The translations under genes and the position numbers were made by a program. The notes beneath the pieces were generated by a model. The model worked only from the letters and a program-made list of their open reading frames with translations. It was not told the origin of the DNA and ran no database searches. Below are positions 1 to 10,882 of a stretch of 51,327 bases of DNA, one piece after another (position 1 is the first letter of the stretch; the number at the start of each line of letters is the position of its first letter). The stretch is from the NCBI GenBank assembly GCA_964543555.1, contig CAZIZA010000001.1, forward strand, positions 1 to 51,327, given 5' to 3'. This DNA is from an uncultured Pseudomonas sp. (GTDB taxonomy: Bacteria; Pseudomonadota; Gammaproteobacteria; Pseudomonadales; Pseudomonadaceae).

Positions 1-633
<633 letters not shown>

Positions 634-800
634 GAATACGTGCCTGGATGGAATCGTTGAGGGTGCCTCAGCACCCGTAAAACGCGGGATTATACCGATA
701 ACTGCCGGCTCTGGCGGAGAGCGGCTATCGGTTTTAAGGGGGCTGGGTGCGTGAGGCTACCGAACCGTGCTGTAAATGCGTAAATATCGCGCAAGGTAAT

Positions 801-819
801 GGTTATGAAAATTATTCAC
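801..819. promoter_or_regulatory. Putative Fur box upstream of the PepSY-reductase gene
   Basis: GGTTATGAAAATTATTCAC, 13/19 match to GATAATGATAATCATTATC by hand count. Confidence 0.55.
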
Positions 820-869
820 ATATAAAGTAGCCGCCCGTCGCAGTGGGTCAGGGTAGGGGTGGCTCCGTC

Positions 870-3401
870 GTGTTCAAGAAAATCATCTTCCAGTTGCACT
901 GGTTCTTCGGCATCAGCGCGGGTCTGGTATTGGCCGTCATGGGCATCACGGGTGCCCTGTACAGCTTCGAAGGCGAGATCACCCGAGCGCTCAACGCCGA
1001 GCGCTGGCAGATCCAGCCCAGTGCGCAGGGGCATCTCACGCCAGGCGAGCTGGCTGCGAAGATCGAGGCCGCCACTGCTGATCGTGTCACCGGGTTGTGG
1101 GTCGATGGTCGCCATGACGGGCCAGGCACTGCTTTTCTAGCGCCGCCACCGGGCGAGCGTCGCGGGCCACGCATCGTGTTTGATCCCTACACCGGGCAGG
1201 TGCTGGACAAGCCGATTGGCCAGGACTTCTTCCACCTGATGCTGATGCTGCATCGCTTCCTGTCCATGGGTGAGGTGGGCAAGCAGATCACCGCCGCCAG
1301 CACCGTGGCGCTGATTTTTTTCTGCCTTTCCGGTTTGTATCTGCGTTGGCCGCGCAAGGCGTTGAGTTGGCGCACCTGGCTGACACTGGACTGGAAGAAG
1401 AAAGGCCGCAGCTTCAACTGGGATCTGCACGCTGTCGCGGGCACCTGGGTGCTGCTGTTCTACCTGTGTGCCGGGCTCACCGGTTTGTACTGGTCCTATG
1501 ACTGGTATCGCGAAGGGCTGACGCGCCTGCTCTCCGATACGCCGCCGGAAAAACGCGCTGAAGGCCGTGGTCGCGGTGGTCGTGAAGCACCCAATGGCCC
1601 GGCCCCCGAGGTCGACTACGACGCTGTGTGGCAGAGCATCCAGCAGACCACCGGGCCTACACTGGTGGCCTGGAACCTGCGCTTGCCGCCAGTGGCCGGG
1701 CAGCCGGCAACGGTCTTCTATGTGCTTGATGGCGCCGAACATGTGCGCGCCTTCAATCAGTTCCAGGTTGACCCGCAAAGTGGCGAAGTCAGCCAGCATG
1801 AGCGCTACACCGACAAAAGCTTCAAGGCGCAGTTGCTGGCCAGCGTCTACGCCCTGCATGTCGGCGAGTATTTCGGTATGCCGGGGCGTATCCTGATGAT
1901 GCTGGCCACGGCGGCCATGCCGCTGTTCTTCATTACCGGCTGGCTGCTGTACCTGGATCGCCGACGCAAGAAACGCGCGGCGCTGGCGGCGCGCGGTACG
2001 CTGAAAACGGATGACTCAGGCGAAGGCTGGCTGGTCGTGTTTGCCAGTCAGAGTGGTTTTGCCGAGCAACTGGCCTGGCAGAGTGCCGGGCAGTTGCAGG
2101 CCGCCGGCATCCCGGTGCGGGTCGAGCCGCTGTCGCGCCTCGATGCCGACAGCCTGCGGCAGACACGCCAGGCGCTGTTCGTGGTCAGCACCTTTGGTGA
2201 CGGCGAGGCGCCGGACGCCGCGCAGGGTTTCGCGCGCAAGGTGCTGGGTGGCCCGCTGCCGCTCAAGCAACTGAGCTATGCCGTACTGGCCCTGGGCGAC
2301 CGTCAGTACCCGCACTTCTGCGGCTTCGCCCGGCGCATCAATGACTGGCTGGGTTTGCAGGGTGCGCAGCGCCTGTTCGACAGCATCGAAGTCGATGGCG
2401 CCGATCAGGCCGCGCTGCAGCGCTGGCAACAGCATCTAAGTGACCTGACCGGCGCAGCGCCGATTCGCTTTGAAGAGGCGCCCTGGCAGAGCTGGACGCT
2501 GGCCGAACGGCGCCTGCTCAATCCTGGTAGTCAGGGCGCGCCGGTGTTCTTCCTCGGCCTGACGCCGCCTGCGCAGAGCACCTGGCAGGCCGGCGACATC
2601 CTGGAAATTCGCCCGCGTCATGCACCGGCTGCGGTACAGGCCTGGCTGCAGCATTGCGGCTTCGAGGGTTTCGAGCCCGTCACGCTCGCGGGGCAATCGA
2701 CCAGCCTGCGCGAAGCATTGGCCGAGCGGCAACTGCCAGACAGCCTCGCCCATCTGGTCGGCCTGCATGCTCAGGCGTTGGTCGATGCCCTGGCGCCGCT
2801 GGGTTCGCGTGAATACTCCATCGCTTCAGTGGCGGCCGATGGCGTGCTGCAGTTGATCGTGCGCCAGGCCGTGCAGGCCGATGGCAGCCTGGGCCTGGGT
2901 TCCGGCTGGCTGACCGAGCACCTGCCTGCAGGCGGGCAACTGCTGGCGCGGGTGCGGCGCAACAGCGGCTTCCACCTGCCGGACGATGACCGCCCGCTGA
3001 TCCTGATCGGCAACGGCACCGGCCTGGCCGGGCTGCGTTCGCTGCTGCGGGCGCGCACCCTGGCCGGGCAGTCGCGCAACTGGCTGCTGTTCGGCGAGCG
3101 CAACCGCGCGCAAGACTTCTTCTGTGGCGACGAGCTGCAGGCGGCGCTGGCCGCAGGTGAGCTGCAGCATCTGGATCTGGTGTTCTCCCGCGATCAGGCC
3201 GACAAGCGCTACGTGCAGGACCTGCTACGCGAGCAGCAGCAGCGTTTGCGCGACTGGCTGGCTGACGGCGCGGCGATCTACGTCTGCGGCAGCCTGCAGG
3301 GCATGGCCGGCGGAGTGGATGCGACGCTGCGCGAGCTGCTCGGCGACGAGGGGGTGGACGATCTGGTCGAGGAAGGACGCTATCGCCGCGATGTCTATTG
3401 A
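870..3401 (+). CDS. PepSY-associated TM-helix protein fused to flavodoxin and FAD/NAD(P)-binding domains (PiuB/PA4513-like iron-uptake oxidoreductase)
   Basis: N-terminal LHWFFGISAG...LHRFL...WDLHAVAG...LHVGEYFG PepSY-TM histidine helices. Flavodoxin motifs ASQSGFAE, STFGDGEAP and LGDRQYPHFCG. FNR motifs REYSIAS, IGNGTGLAG, FGERN, YVQD and YVCG. GTG at 870 is a likelier start than 843. Confidence 0.88.
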   Translation: MFKKIIFQLHWFFGISAGLVLAVMGITGALYSFEGEITRALNAERWQIQPSAQGHLTPGELAAKIEAATADRVTGLWVDGRHDGPGTAFLAPPPGERRGPRIVFDPYTGQVLDKPIGQDFFHLMLMLHRFLSMGEVGKQITAASTVALIFFCLSGLYLRWPRKALSWRTWLTLDWKKKGRSFNWDLHAVAGTWVLLFYLCAGLTGLYWSYDWYREGLTRLLSDTPPEKRAEGRGRGGREAPNGPAPEVDYDAVWQSIQQTTGPTLVAWNLRLPPVAGQPATVFYVLDGAEHVRAFNQFQVDPQSGEVSQHERYTDKSFKAQLLASVYALHVGEYFGMPGRILMMLATAAMPLFFITGWLLYLDRRRKKRAALAARGTLKTDDSGEGWLVVFASQSGFAEQLAWQSAGQLQAAGIPVRVEPLSRLDADSLRQTRQALFVVSTFGDGEAPDAAQGFARKVLGGPLPLKQLSYAVLALGDRQYPHFCGFARRINDWLGLQGAQRLFDSIEVDGADQAALQRWQQHLSDLTGAAPIRFEEAPWQSWTLAERRLLNPGSQGAPVFFLGLTPPAQSTWQAGDILEIRPRHAPAAVQAWLQHCGFEGFEPVTLAGQSTSLREALAERQLPDSLAHLVGLHAQALVDALAPLGSREYSIASVAADGVLQLIVRQAVQADGSLGLGSGWLTEHLPAGGQLLARVRRNSGFHLPDDDRPLILIGNGTGLAGLRSLLRARTLAGQSRNWLLFGERNRAQDFFCGDELQAALAAGELQHLDLVFSRDQADKRYVQDLLREQQQRLRDWLADGAAIYVCGSLQGMAGGVDATLRELLGDEGVDDLVEEGRYRRDVY

Positions 3402-3449
3402 CCCCGAGCAAGCCGCGTCGCACGGGTATTAAGTTGTCGAAGTGGTTTT

Positions 3450-3468
3450 ATATATGAGAATCATTCGC
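3450..3468. promoter_or_regulatory. Putative Fur box upstream of the two-component system
   Basis: ATATATGAGAATCATTCGC with core ATGAGAATCATT; 12/19 by hand count. Confidence 0.55.
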
Positions 3469-3490
3469 CTTAACTGCCTGGATAACCCAC

Positions 3491-4189
3491 ATGACCGCCA
3501 GCCTGGCTCGCATTCTGATCGTCGAGGACGATCGCACTCTGGCCGCCCAGCTCGGCGAGCTGCTGCGCGGTCAGGGCTATGCCACCAGTGCCTGTCACCT
3601 GGGCGAGGCGGGGCTGGAGACGGCGCTGCGCGAGGTGCCGGATCTGCTGTTGCTCGACGTGATGCTGCCGGACGTCAACGGCTTTTCCGTGCTGCGCCGC
3701 CTGCGTGAGCAACAGCAGACGCCGGTGATCATGCTCACTGCCTGTGGCGCCGAAGAGGAGCGCATTCGCGGCCTGCGCCATGGTGCCGACGATTACCTGC
3801 CCAAGCCCTTCAACATCACCGAGCTGCAGCTGCGCATCGACGCCGTGCTGCGCCGTACGCGCCCGCAGGAGGGCACGCGTGTTGGTCAGGCGCAGCAGTT
3901 GCAAGTCGACGAACTTCATCTGGATCGCCACGACCAGCGGGCGCGGGTCGCAGGCTGCGACCTGACGCTGACGCCGCTGCAGTTCCGCCTGCTCTGGTTG
4001 CTGGTCAGTCATCGCGGTGAGGCGCTGAGCAAGCCCTACCTGTACCGCATGGCGCTGGAGCGCGAGTACAGCCAGTACGACCGCAGCCTGGACATGCACA
4101 TCAGCCGCATTCGTCGCCGTCTGGGCGAGGCCGGCCTGGGCGCCGACCGGCTGCAGACCCTGCACGGCCGCGGTTACGCCTTCACATGA
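3491..4189 (+). CDS. OmpR-family response regulator (PfeR/PirR-like)
   Basis: REC motifs IVEDD, LLLDVMLP and DDYLPKPF; winged-helix DRSLDMHISRIRRRL...TLHGRGY; lies upstream of a siderophore receptor. Confidence 0.9.
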   Translation: MTASLARILIVEDDRTLAAQLGELLRGQGYATSACHLGEAGLETALREVPDLLLLDVMLPDVNGFSVLRRLREQQQTPVIMLTACGAEEERIRGLRHGADDYLPKPFNITELQLRIDAVLRRTRPQEGTRVGQAQQLQVDELHLDRHDQRARVAGCDLTLTPLQFRLLWLLVSHRGEALSKPYLYRMALEREYSQYDRSLDMHISRIRRRLGEAGLGADRLQTLHGRGYAFT

Positions 4190-5520
4190 AGCGGCGCCTG
4201 TTCTGGAAACTGTGCCTGGTCATCGGCCTGGGCAGCGTGCTGCTGTTCTGGATCATCGCCCGCGTCGCCTGGCAGACCGAGGAGCGCATGAGCTTCATCG
4301 ACGCCGAACACCAGCGCACCCTGCGCCACTACGGCGAGCAGGCCGAGGCAATGTACCGCGCTGGCGATCATGAAGCGCTGGCGCGCTGGCTGACTACCCT
4401 GCAGCAGCAGGAGCAGACCTGGGCGGCAGTGGTCGAGGCTGAGGTGCGACCGCTGGCTGGCAGTGTGCTGAATGAGCGCTTCTACCAAGGCTTCGGCCTG
4501 GGCCGCGATGTGAGCTGGAAGATCCACCTGTACTTCCAGGAAAACCCGATCATGGATCTGCCGTTCGCCGACGGCCGGACCCATTTCCTGATCATCCTGC
4601 CGCAGCGCATGCGCCCCGGTCTCAACTGGCATTACGCCAAGTTGTTGCTGCAACTGGTGGTGCCGCTGGTGTTGATGCTGATCGTCTGCCTGGTGCTCTA
4701 CCGTCACCTGATGCAACCGCTCGGTCGTCTGGAGCAGGCCACACGGCAGTTCAGCGATGGCCGTCTGGACGTGCGCGTGCGCTCGCTGCTGGGCTCGCGC
4801 AACGACGAGCTGGCGCGCCTGGCCGAAACCTTCGACGCCATGGCCGCGCGTACCGGGCAACTGATCATCGACCAGCGTCAGCGTCTGGCGGATATGTCCC
4901 ACGAGCTGCGCACGCCGCTGACGCGCATCGAGATGGCGGTGAGCCTGGCCGAGCAGGACGGCGGCCAGCGTCAGTTGCTCGAACGCATCCGCGACGACTG
5001 CGCCGGCATGCGCCGTCTGGTCGAGGATGCCCTGACCCTGAGCTGGCTGGAAAATGAACGGCCCGAGCTGCGCGACGAGAGCCTGGACCTGTCCGAACTG
5101 CTCGACAGCATCCTCGACGATGCGCGCTTCGAGTACCCGGACCGGCAGATTCTCTGTCAGATGCCCGACAGCGCGCCGCTACATGGCAGCAGCAACCGAG
5201 CGCTGGGCCAGGCGATCGAGAACGTGGTGCGCAATGCGTTGGACCACACCCCGGCGGGCGGCCAGATCGATGTCAGCCTGAGCGAGGAGGGCGATGCCTG
5301 GCTGTTGCGGGTTGCCGACCAGGGCCCAGGCGTGGCCGAACAGTGGCTGGAGCGCATCTTCCAGCCGTTCTTCCGTGGCTGCAGCGAGCGCGCCGGTTTC
5401 GGCCTTGGCCTGGCGCTGGCGCAGCGCCAGGTCAGCGCCACCGGCGGCAGCATTCGCGCGAGCAATCGCGCCGGAGGCGGCTTGCTCATGGAGATTCGCC
5501 TGCCACGCACGGCGATGTAA
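4186..5520 (+). CDS. Sensor histidine kinase (PfeS/PirS-like)
   Basis: Two TM helices, HAMP, H-box MSHELRTPL, N-box ENVVRNA, DQGPG and GFGLGLA; 4-nt overlap with the regulator. Confidence 0.92.
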   Translation: MKRRLFWKLCLVIGLGSVLLFWIIARVAWQTEERMSFIDAEHQRTLRHYGEQAEAMYRAGDHEALARWLTTLQQQEQTWAAVVEAEVRPLAGSVLNERFYQGFGLGRDVSWKIHLYFQENPIMDLPFADGRTHFLIILPQRMRPGLNWHYAKLLLQLVVPLVLMLIVCLVLYRHLMQPLGRLEQATRQFSDGRLDVRVRSLLGSRNDELARLAETFDAMAARTGQLIIDQRQRLADMSHELRTPLTRIEMAVSLAEQDGGQRQLLERIRDDCAGMRRLVEDALTLSWLENERPELRDESLDLSELLDSILDDARFEYPDRQILCQMPDSAPLHGSSNRALGQAIENVVRNALDHTPAGGQIDVSLSEEGDAWLLRVADQGPGVAEQWLERIFQPFFRGCSERAGFGLGLALAQRQVSATGGSIRASNRAGGGLLMEIRLPRTAM

Positions 5521-5608
5521 CAGTTGTAAAAGTGATTCCCTGCTCAGGTGCTTGTGATGAGAATTCGCAAATGCGAAATATTCACATCTTTCCTGGGGAG
5601 GATCGATC

Positions 5609-7558
5609 ATGCCGCACTGCCCTTATCGCCTGAGTCTGCTCGGCGCCATTACCTTCGGTAGTCTGCTCGCCGCGCAGGCGCATGGCGCCGATACCGCGCT
5701 GGAGTTGCAGGCGCAGGAGGTCACCGCCGCCGCTATCGGCCGCAATGAGAGCGTCGAGGCCGAGCAACTGCAGCGCTACCAGGCCAGCGACCTGCAGGAA
5801 GTGTTCGAGTCCAACCCCGAGGTGTCGGTGGCCGGTGGCCCCGGTGTGGCGCAGAAGCTCTACCTGCGCGGCCTGGAAGACACCCTGCTGAACATCAGCA
5901 TCGACGGCGCCAGCCAGCCTGGGCAGACCTTTCACCACACCGGCCGCATCGGCATCGAGCCGGAGCTGCTCAAGCGCGCCGAAGTGCAGGCCGGCACTGG
6001 TGATGCCACGGCCGGGCCGGGCGCGCTGGGTGGCGCGATCCGTTTCGTCACCAAGGACCCGGACGACCTGCTTCGCGAAGGCGAGCAGCTCGGTGCGCTG
6101 CTCAAGACCGGCTATTTCAGCAATGGCGAAGGCTACAAGAGCAGCGCCAGCGTGTTCGGTCGCTTCAATGAAAACTGGTCGGCGTTGGCCATGACCACCT
6201 ATCAGGATCAGAACGACTTTGAGGACGGCAACAACGACGACGTACTCGGCACCGCAGCACGGCAGAAGCTCGGCTTCGCCAAGCTGGTGGGCAAGCTGAC
6301 GGACGAGCAGACCCTGCGCCTGAGCTACGAGAAACGCATCGACGAAGGCGAGCGCAGTCAGCGCCCGCAGTGGATCCCGAGCAGCTTCAACCGTCTGTAT
6401 CCGCTGAGCACCGAGCGCGAGACCTGGACCCTCAACTACGCCTGGCAGCCGGTGAGCAACGACCTGCTGGATGTCGAGCTGACCACCTATCACACCACCA
6501 ATGAGCTGGAGCAGGATGGCCGTTTCGGTCTGTACTTCGGCGATACCCGCAGCACCGGGTTCGACCTGCGCAACACCAGCCGTATCGGCGCGCATCAGCT
6601 GACCTATGGCGTCGACTACCGCGATGACCGCACCACCCTTGGCCCTGAGGGTGACCGCGAGCTGGATCACGAAGACGGCGACGTGCTCGGTGTCTACCTG
6701 CAGGACCGCTACCAGATCACCTCGCGCCTGCAGCTCGACGCCGGCCTGCGCTACGACCGTTACACGCTCGACGACCGCGACAAGCAGACCTTCATCGAGG
6801 AAGGCATCAGCCCCAACCTGGGTCTGCGCTACCAGTTGACCCCTGAACTGACCGTATTCGCCGGCCAGGCGCGGGCGCTACGCGGGCCGCAGGTGCGTGA
6901 TGCCTTCAAGCTCGATGTCTCCGGCAACGACCCGGACCTGAAAGCCGAAAAGGCGCGTACCGACGAGGTCGGCTTCGACTACCGCGACGGTGGCTGGGAG
7001 CTGAGCGGCAAGGCCTACGTCACCCGGATCAAGGATGCCATCGCCGACCCCATCGGCCGGCCCAATCTGTATGAGAACGTCGGTGATCTGAAGAGCAAGG
7101 GTGTGCTGCTCAGCACCGCCTACCACTGGCAGCAGCTCAGTCTGGGCCTGAGCTATCACCGTAACGACGCGCGTCTGGATGGCGAGCGTCTCAACGTTTA
7201 TGAATACAACGGTCTGGGCACCAGCCTCGGCGACACCTGGACCAGCTTCGCCGACTACCGCGCCAGCGATAACCTCACGCTCGGTTGGCAGGGCCGTTTC
7301 GTGCGCGGCATCGACACCCTGCACACCGGTGTCGGCGATGTGTCCAAGCCGGGCTATGGCGTGCATGACCTGTATGCCGAATGGCAGGCCGTGCCTGAGA
7401 GCCTGACGGTGACCCTGACGCTGAAGAACCTGCTGGACAAGAAGTACCTGGATCACGCCAGCAACGAGGACTTCGAGCACATTCCGGACTACGAGGGTAT
7501 CCGTGGCTCCTACGAGCCAGGTCGTGAACTGCGTCTGGGTCTGGCATGGCGAATCTGA
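5609..7558 (+). CDS. TonB-dependent siderophore receptor (FetA/VctA-like, probably catecholate)
   Basis: Signal peptide; plug motifs QKLYLRGLED...IDGASQ...FHHTG...IEPELLK...GPGALGGAIRFVTKD; C-terminal NLLDKKY...PGRELRLGLAWRI. Confidence 0.88.
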   Translation: MPHCPYRLSLLGAITFGSLLAAQAHGADTALELQAQEVTAAAIGRNESVEAEQLQRYQASDLQEVFESNPEVSVAGGPGVAQKLYLRGLEDTLLNISIDGASQPGQTFHHTGRIGIEPELLKRAEVQAGTGDATAGPGALGGAIRFVTKDPDDLLREGEQLGALLKTGYFSNGEGYKSSASVFGRFNENWSALAMTTYQDQNDFEDGNNDDVLGTAARQKLGFAKLVGKLTDEQTLRLSYEKRIDEGERSQRPQWIPSSFNRLYPLSTERETWTLNYAWQPVSNDLLDVELTTYHTTNELEQDGRFGLYFGDTRSTGFDLRNTSRIGAHQLTYGVDYRDDRTTLGPEGDRELDHEDGDVLGVYLQDRYQITSRLQLDAGLRYDRYTLDDRDKQTFIEEGISPNLGLRYQLTPELTVFAGQARALRGPQVRDAFKLDVSGNDPDLKAEKARTDEVGFDYRDGGWELSGKAYVTRIKDAIADPIGRPNLYENVGDLKSKGVLLSTAYHWQQLSLGLSYHRNDARLDGERLNVYEYNGLGTSLGDTWTSFADYRASDNLTLGWQGRFVRGIDTLHTGVGDVSKPGYGVHDLYAEWQAVPESLTVTLTLKNLLDKKYLDHASNEDFEHIPDYEGIRGSYEPGRELRLGLAWRI

Positions 7559-8661
7559 TGGGACGAGCAATCGTTGCGGCATTGCTGGGGCTGGCGCTGC
7601 TGGCCCCGGTGCAGGCGCAGGTGCTGACCGATCTGGCCGGGCGTGAGGTCTCCATACCCGAGAAGGTCCAGCGCATCGTGCTGGGCGAAGGCCGTCTGCT
7701 GCCGGTGCTGGCCATTCTCGAAGGCGAGCACCTGCTGGAACGGCTGGTGGGCATGCCGGCCGATCTAGCGCAGGTCGATCCCGGCAGCGCGCGGCAATAC
7801 CAGCAGGCCTTTCCCGAGTTGGCCAAGGTACCGCGTATTGGTCAGGGTGCGGCCGATAGTTTCAGCCTGGAACAGGTGCTGACGCTGCGCCCGGATCTGG
7901 CCATCTTCAGCCTTTCCGGGCATGGCCCGGATAGCACCCAGGGCCGTCTGATCGAGCAGTTGCAGCGCGCCGGGGTAGCGGTGCTGTTCGTCGATTTCCG
8001 TGAGCAGCCATTGGTCAACACGCCACGCAGCATGACCCTGCTCGGTCAGGTGCTGGGCCGCGAGGCTCGGGCCGAAGCCTTTAACGCAGCGCATGCCGAA
8101 GCGCTGGCTGCGGTGCGTGAGCGCTTGCCGCAAGGCGCTGCACCCAAGGTGTTCCTGCACAGCCGCGCCGGCCTCGGCGATGGCTGCTGCGAAAGCATGG
8201 CGCGCGGCATGTTCGCCGATCTGTTGGCCGAGGCCGGCGGCGACAATATCGCCCGCGAGCGTCTGCCCGGCCATGCCGGTACGATCAGCCTTGAGCTGCT
8301 GCTCAGTCAGCCGCCGGAGCTGTACATTGCCAGCGCCGTGGGTTCGGCCGACAGTCTGGCCGAGGGCGCGCCCTATATCGCTCTGGGGCCCGGTGTGGCA
8401 GCGGATGCCGCGCAGGCCTCGCTCAGGCGCCTGCTTGGGCGTGGCGGTCTGCAGCACCTGAGCGCCGTGCGCGAGGGCAGGGCGCATGCCATCTGGCATG
8501 GCTTCTACAACAGCCCGTTCAACGTGGTGGCGGTGCAGGTATTCGCCAAGTGGCTGCATCCCGAAGCCTTCGCCGACCTCGACCCGCAGCGCACGCTGCA
8601 GCGTTTCTACAGTGAGTTCCAGCCAGTGGCGCTGGACGGCCAGTACTGGACCAGCCTGTGA
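7546..8661 (+). CDS. Iron-siderophore ABC transporter periplasmic binding protein
   Basis: Signal peptide; TDLAGREV...PEKVQRIV and SLEQVLTLRPDL motifs of the FhuD/FecB-type fold; operon context. Confidence 0.85.
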   Translation: MANLMGRAIVAALLGLALLAPVQAQVLTDLAGREVSIPEKVQRIVLGEGRLLPVLAILEGEHLLERLVGMPADLAQVDPGSARQYQQAFPELAKVPRIGQGAADSFSLEQVLTLRPDLAIFSLSGHGPDSTQGRLIEQLQRAGVAVLFVDFREQPLVNTPRSMTLLGQVLGREARAEAFNAAHAEALAAVRERLPQGAAPKVFLHSRAGLGDGCCESMARGMFADLLAEAGGDNIARERLPGHAGTISLELLLSQPPELYIASAVGSADSLAEGAPYIALGPGVAADAAQASLRRLLGRGGLQHLSAVREGRAHAIWHGFYNSPFNVVAVQVFAKWLHPEAFADLDPQRTLQRFYSEFQPVALDGQYWTSL

Positions 8662-9704
8662 GTGCGCAGCAGGTGTTGCGCCTCGGTTACCGACGTACCT
8701 TGCTGCAGCGCTGGGCCTGCCTGGGCGCGTTGGCGGCATTGCTGCTGGCCAGTTTCATCGCCGATCTGGCTACCGGCCCGGCTGGCCTGAGCTGGTGGGA
8801 CGTGGCGCGCGGCCTGTTGCAGCCAAAGTATTTGGACGCAGCGCAGGCGGTGATCATTCTGGAGATCCGCGTGCCCTACGCGTTGATGGCGCTGGTGGTG
8901 GGCGCCAGCCTGGGCCTGGCCGGTGCGGAGATGCAGACGGCGCTGAACAACCCTTTGGCCAGCCCCTTCACTCTGGGCGTCGGTGCCGCGGCAACGCTCG
9001 GCGCGGCGCTGGTGATTCTGCTTCGGCCCAATCTGGCCGGGCTCGGCGCCGATCTGCTGCTGCCGCTGGCAGCCTTCGTCTGCGCCTTCATCTCCTGCCT
9101 GTTGCTGCTTCTGGTGGCGCGGGTGCTGGGTGAGGCGCTGCACACCCTGGTGCTGTTCGGTATTGCCCTGTTGTTCGGCCTCAATGCACTGGTCGGGTTG
9201 CTGCAGTTTCTCGCCGATGCCGATGCGCTGCAGCAGATCGTGTTCTGGACGCTGGGCAGTCTGGCGCGTGCCGATCTGCAGCGGGTGGCGTTGGTGGCTA
9301 TGGTGTTTGCCCTGTGCCTGATCCTGGCGCTGCGCCAGGCCTGGGCCATGACCAGCCTGCGCGGTGGCGAGGAGCAGGCGCGCAGTCTGGGCATTCGCGT
9401 TGGCCGCCTGCGCGCCTTCGTGCTGCTACGGGTCAGCCTGCTCACTGGCGTGGCCACGGCTTTCGTCGGCGAGGTGGGCTTTATCGGTCTGGTCGGGCCG
9501 CATGTGGCGCGTCTGTTACTGGGCGAGGATCACCGCTTCTATTTGCCCGGCAGCGCACTGGCCGGTGCTCTGTTGCTGTCGCTGGCGTCCCTGGCCAGCC
9601 GCGCGCTGCTGCCTGGGGTGATCCTGCCGGTGGGGTTGGTGACTGCCGTGGTCGGTGTGCCGCTGTTTATCGCTCTGATCCTGGCGCGGGGGCGCAGCCT
9701 ATGA
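8658..9704 (+). CDS. FecCD-family iron ABC transporter permease
   Basis: Hydrophobic; GAEMQTALNNPLASPFTLGV, FWTLGSL, GEEQARSLG and FIGLVGPHVAR motifs. Confidence 0.92.
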   Translation: MSAQQVLRLGYRRTLLQRWACLGALAALLLASFIADLATGPAGLSWWDVARGLLQPKYLDAAQAVIILEIRVPYALMALVVGASLGLAGAEMQTALNNPLASPFTLGVGAAATLGAALVILLRPNLAGLGADLLLPLAAFVCAFISCLLLLLVARVLGEALHTLVLFGIALLFGLNALVGLLQFLADADALQQIVFWTLGSLARADLQRVALVAMVFALCLILALRQAWAMTSLRGGEEQARSLGIRVGRLRAFVLLRVSLLTGVATAFVGEVGFIGLVGPHVARLLLGEDHRFYLPGSALAGALLLSLASLASRALLPGVILPVGLVTAVVGVPLFIALILARGRSL

Positions 9705-10504
9705 GCCTGCTGATCGAGGGGCTGGGGCTGAGCTACGGCGCGCGCAGTATCCTGCAGGATCTGACTCTGCCGGCCGTGGAGGCTGGCAGCCTGGTTGGCG
9801 TGCTTGGCCCGAACGGCGTCGGCAAGTCCTCGCTGTTGCGCGCCATTGCCGGTTTGCAGGCGTGCCAGAGAAAAGCGCGGTTGGGTGATGCGACGCTAAG
9901 TGGCGTACCGCCGTGGCGTCAGCAGGCGCAGGTGGCCTACCTGCCGCAGCAATTGCCGCAGGCAGTGTCGCTGCTGGCCTACGAAAGCTTGCTGGCGGCG
10001 GCGCGGGCGCGTTGTCCGCAGCTTGCTTCGCACGAGCTGACGGTACGGGTCGAAACGATTCTTCAGCGTCTGGATATCGAGCATCTGGCCCTGCAGCGTA
10101 TGGATCGCCTGTCCGGCGGGCAGCGGCAACTGCTCGGCCTGGCGCAGGCGCTGGTTGGTGAGCCGCAACTGCTGTTGCTCGACGAACCCACCAGCGCGCT
10201 CGATCTGCACTGGCAACTGCGCGTGCTCGACTGCGTTGCCGAGCGTTGCCGCACTGAACGCGTCATCGCCCTGGTGGCCTGTCATGACCTCAATCTGGCG
10301 CTGCGCTTCTGCACTCATCTGCTGTTGCTGGCGCCGGGCGGCGCATACCGCTTTGGTTCGCCCGCCGAGGTGCTGGACGCCGTCTGGCTGCGCCGCGCCT
10401 ACGCCATCGAGGCGCGTATCGAACACTGCTCCCTCGGCCAGCCGCTGGTGCTGGCCGATAGCCCTCTGCTCAAGGAAGCCTCACATCATGCCCAACAGCC
10501 ATAG
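9701..10504 (+). CDS. Iron ABC transporter ATP-binding protein
   Basis: ATG at 9701 overlaps the permease stop. Walker A GPNGVGKS, signature LSGGQ, Walker B LLLDEP and H-loop CHD. Confidence 0.92.
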   Translation: MSLLIEGLGLSYGARSILQDLTLPAVEAGSLVGVLGPNGVGKSSLLRAIAGLQACQRKARLGDATLSGVPPWRQQAQVAYLPQQLPQAVSLLAYESLLAAARARCPQLASHELTVRVETILQRLDIEHLALQRMDRLSGGQRQLLGLAQALVGEPQLLLLDEPTSALDLHWQLRVLDCVAERCRTERVIALVACHDLNLALRFCTHLLLLAPGGAYRFGSPAEVLDAVWLRRAYAIEARIEHCSLGQPLVLADSPLLKEASHHAQQP

Positions 10505-10766
10505 CCGTTTCCCCAGCCCCCAGGCACCACGCCTGCTTGGGCGCCTGTGCAAGCACTTTTCGCACAAGATCGAGGCGCGCTGGAGCGAGCACGAAGGGCT
10601 GCTGCGTTTCTCCATCGGCGAGTGCGTGCTGCAGGCCGATGACCAGGCCTTGCAGTTGGCCTGCACGGCGCTGAGCGCAGCCGAACTGGACGAGTTGCAG
10701 GAGGTGATCCGGCGCCATCTGCAGGGCTTCGCCCAGGTGGACGACCTGGTGCTGCAATGGCACTGA
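10488..10766 (+). CDS. DUF2218-family small protein
   Basis: MPNSHSRF...RLLGRLCKHFSHKI...LQEVIRRHLQGFA; the LCKHFxHK motif is shared with 25945..26235; RBS AAGGA. Confidence 0.8.
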   Translation: MPNSHSRFPSPQAPRLLGRLCKHFSHKIEARWSEHEGLLRFSIGECVLQADDQALQLACTALSAAELDELQEVIRRHLQGFAQVDDLVLQWH

Positions 10767-10882
10767 AACACGGCTGCGCCAAACTGGCTGAAAGCCCCGC
10801 CTGTTCAGCATTTCAGAACGTTTTGTGTGATATCCGGAACGAGGTGAAATTAGCAGGAATTTCCGGTTGATCTGAGGGGCGC

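Noticed and set aside
9314-9700. Apparent N-terminal extensions of the ABC ATPase, CueR (to 30053) and DUF2218 (from 10155)
   Set aside because: These are out-of-frame overlaps with upstream genes; each gene has a normal coupled start, so no frameshift or fusion is needed.
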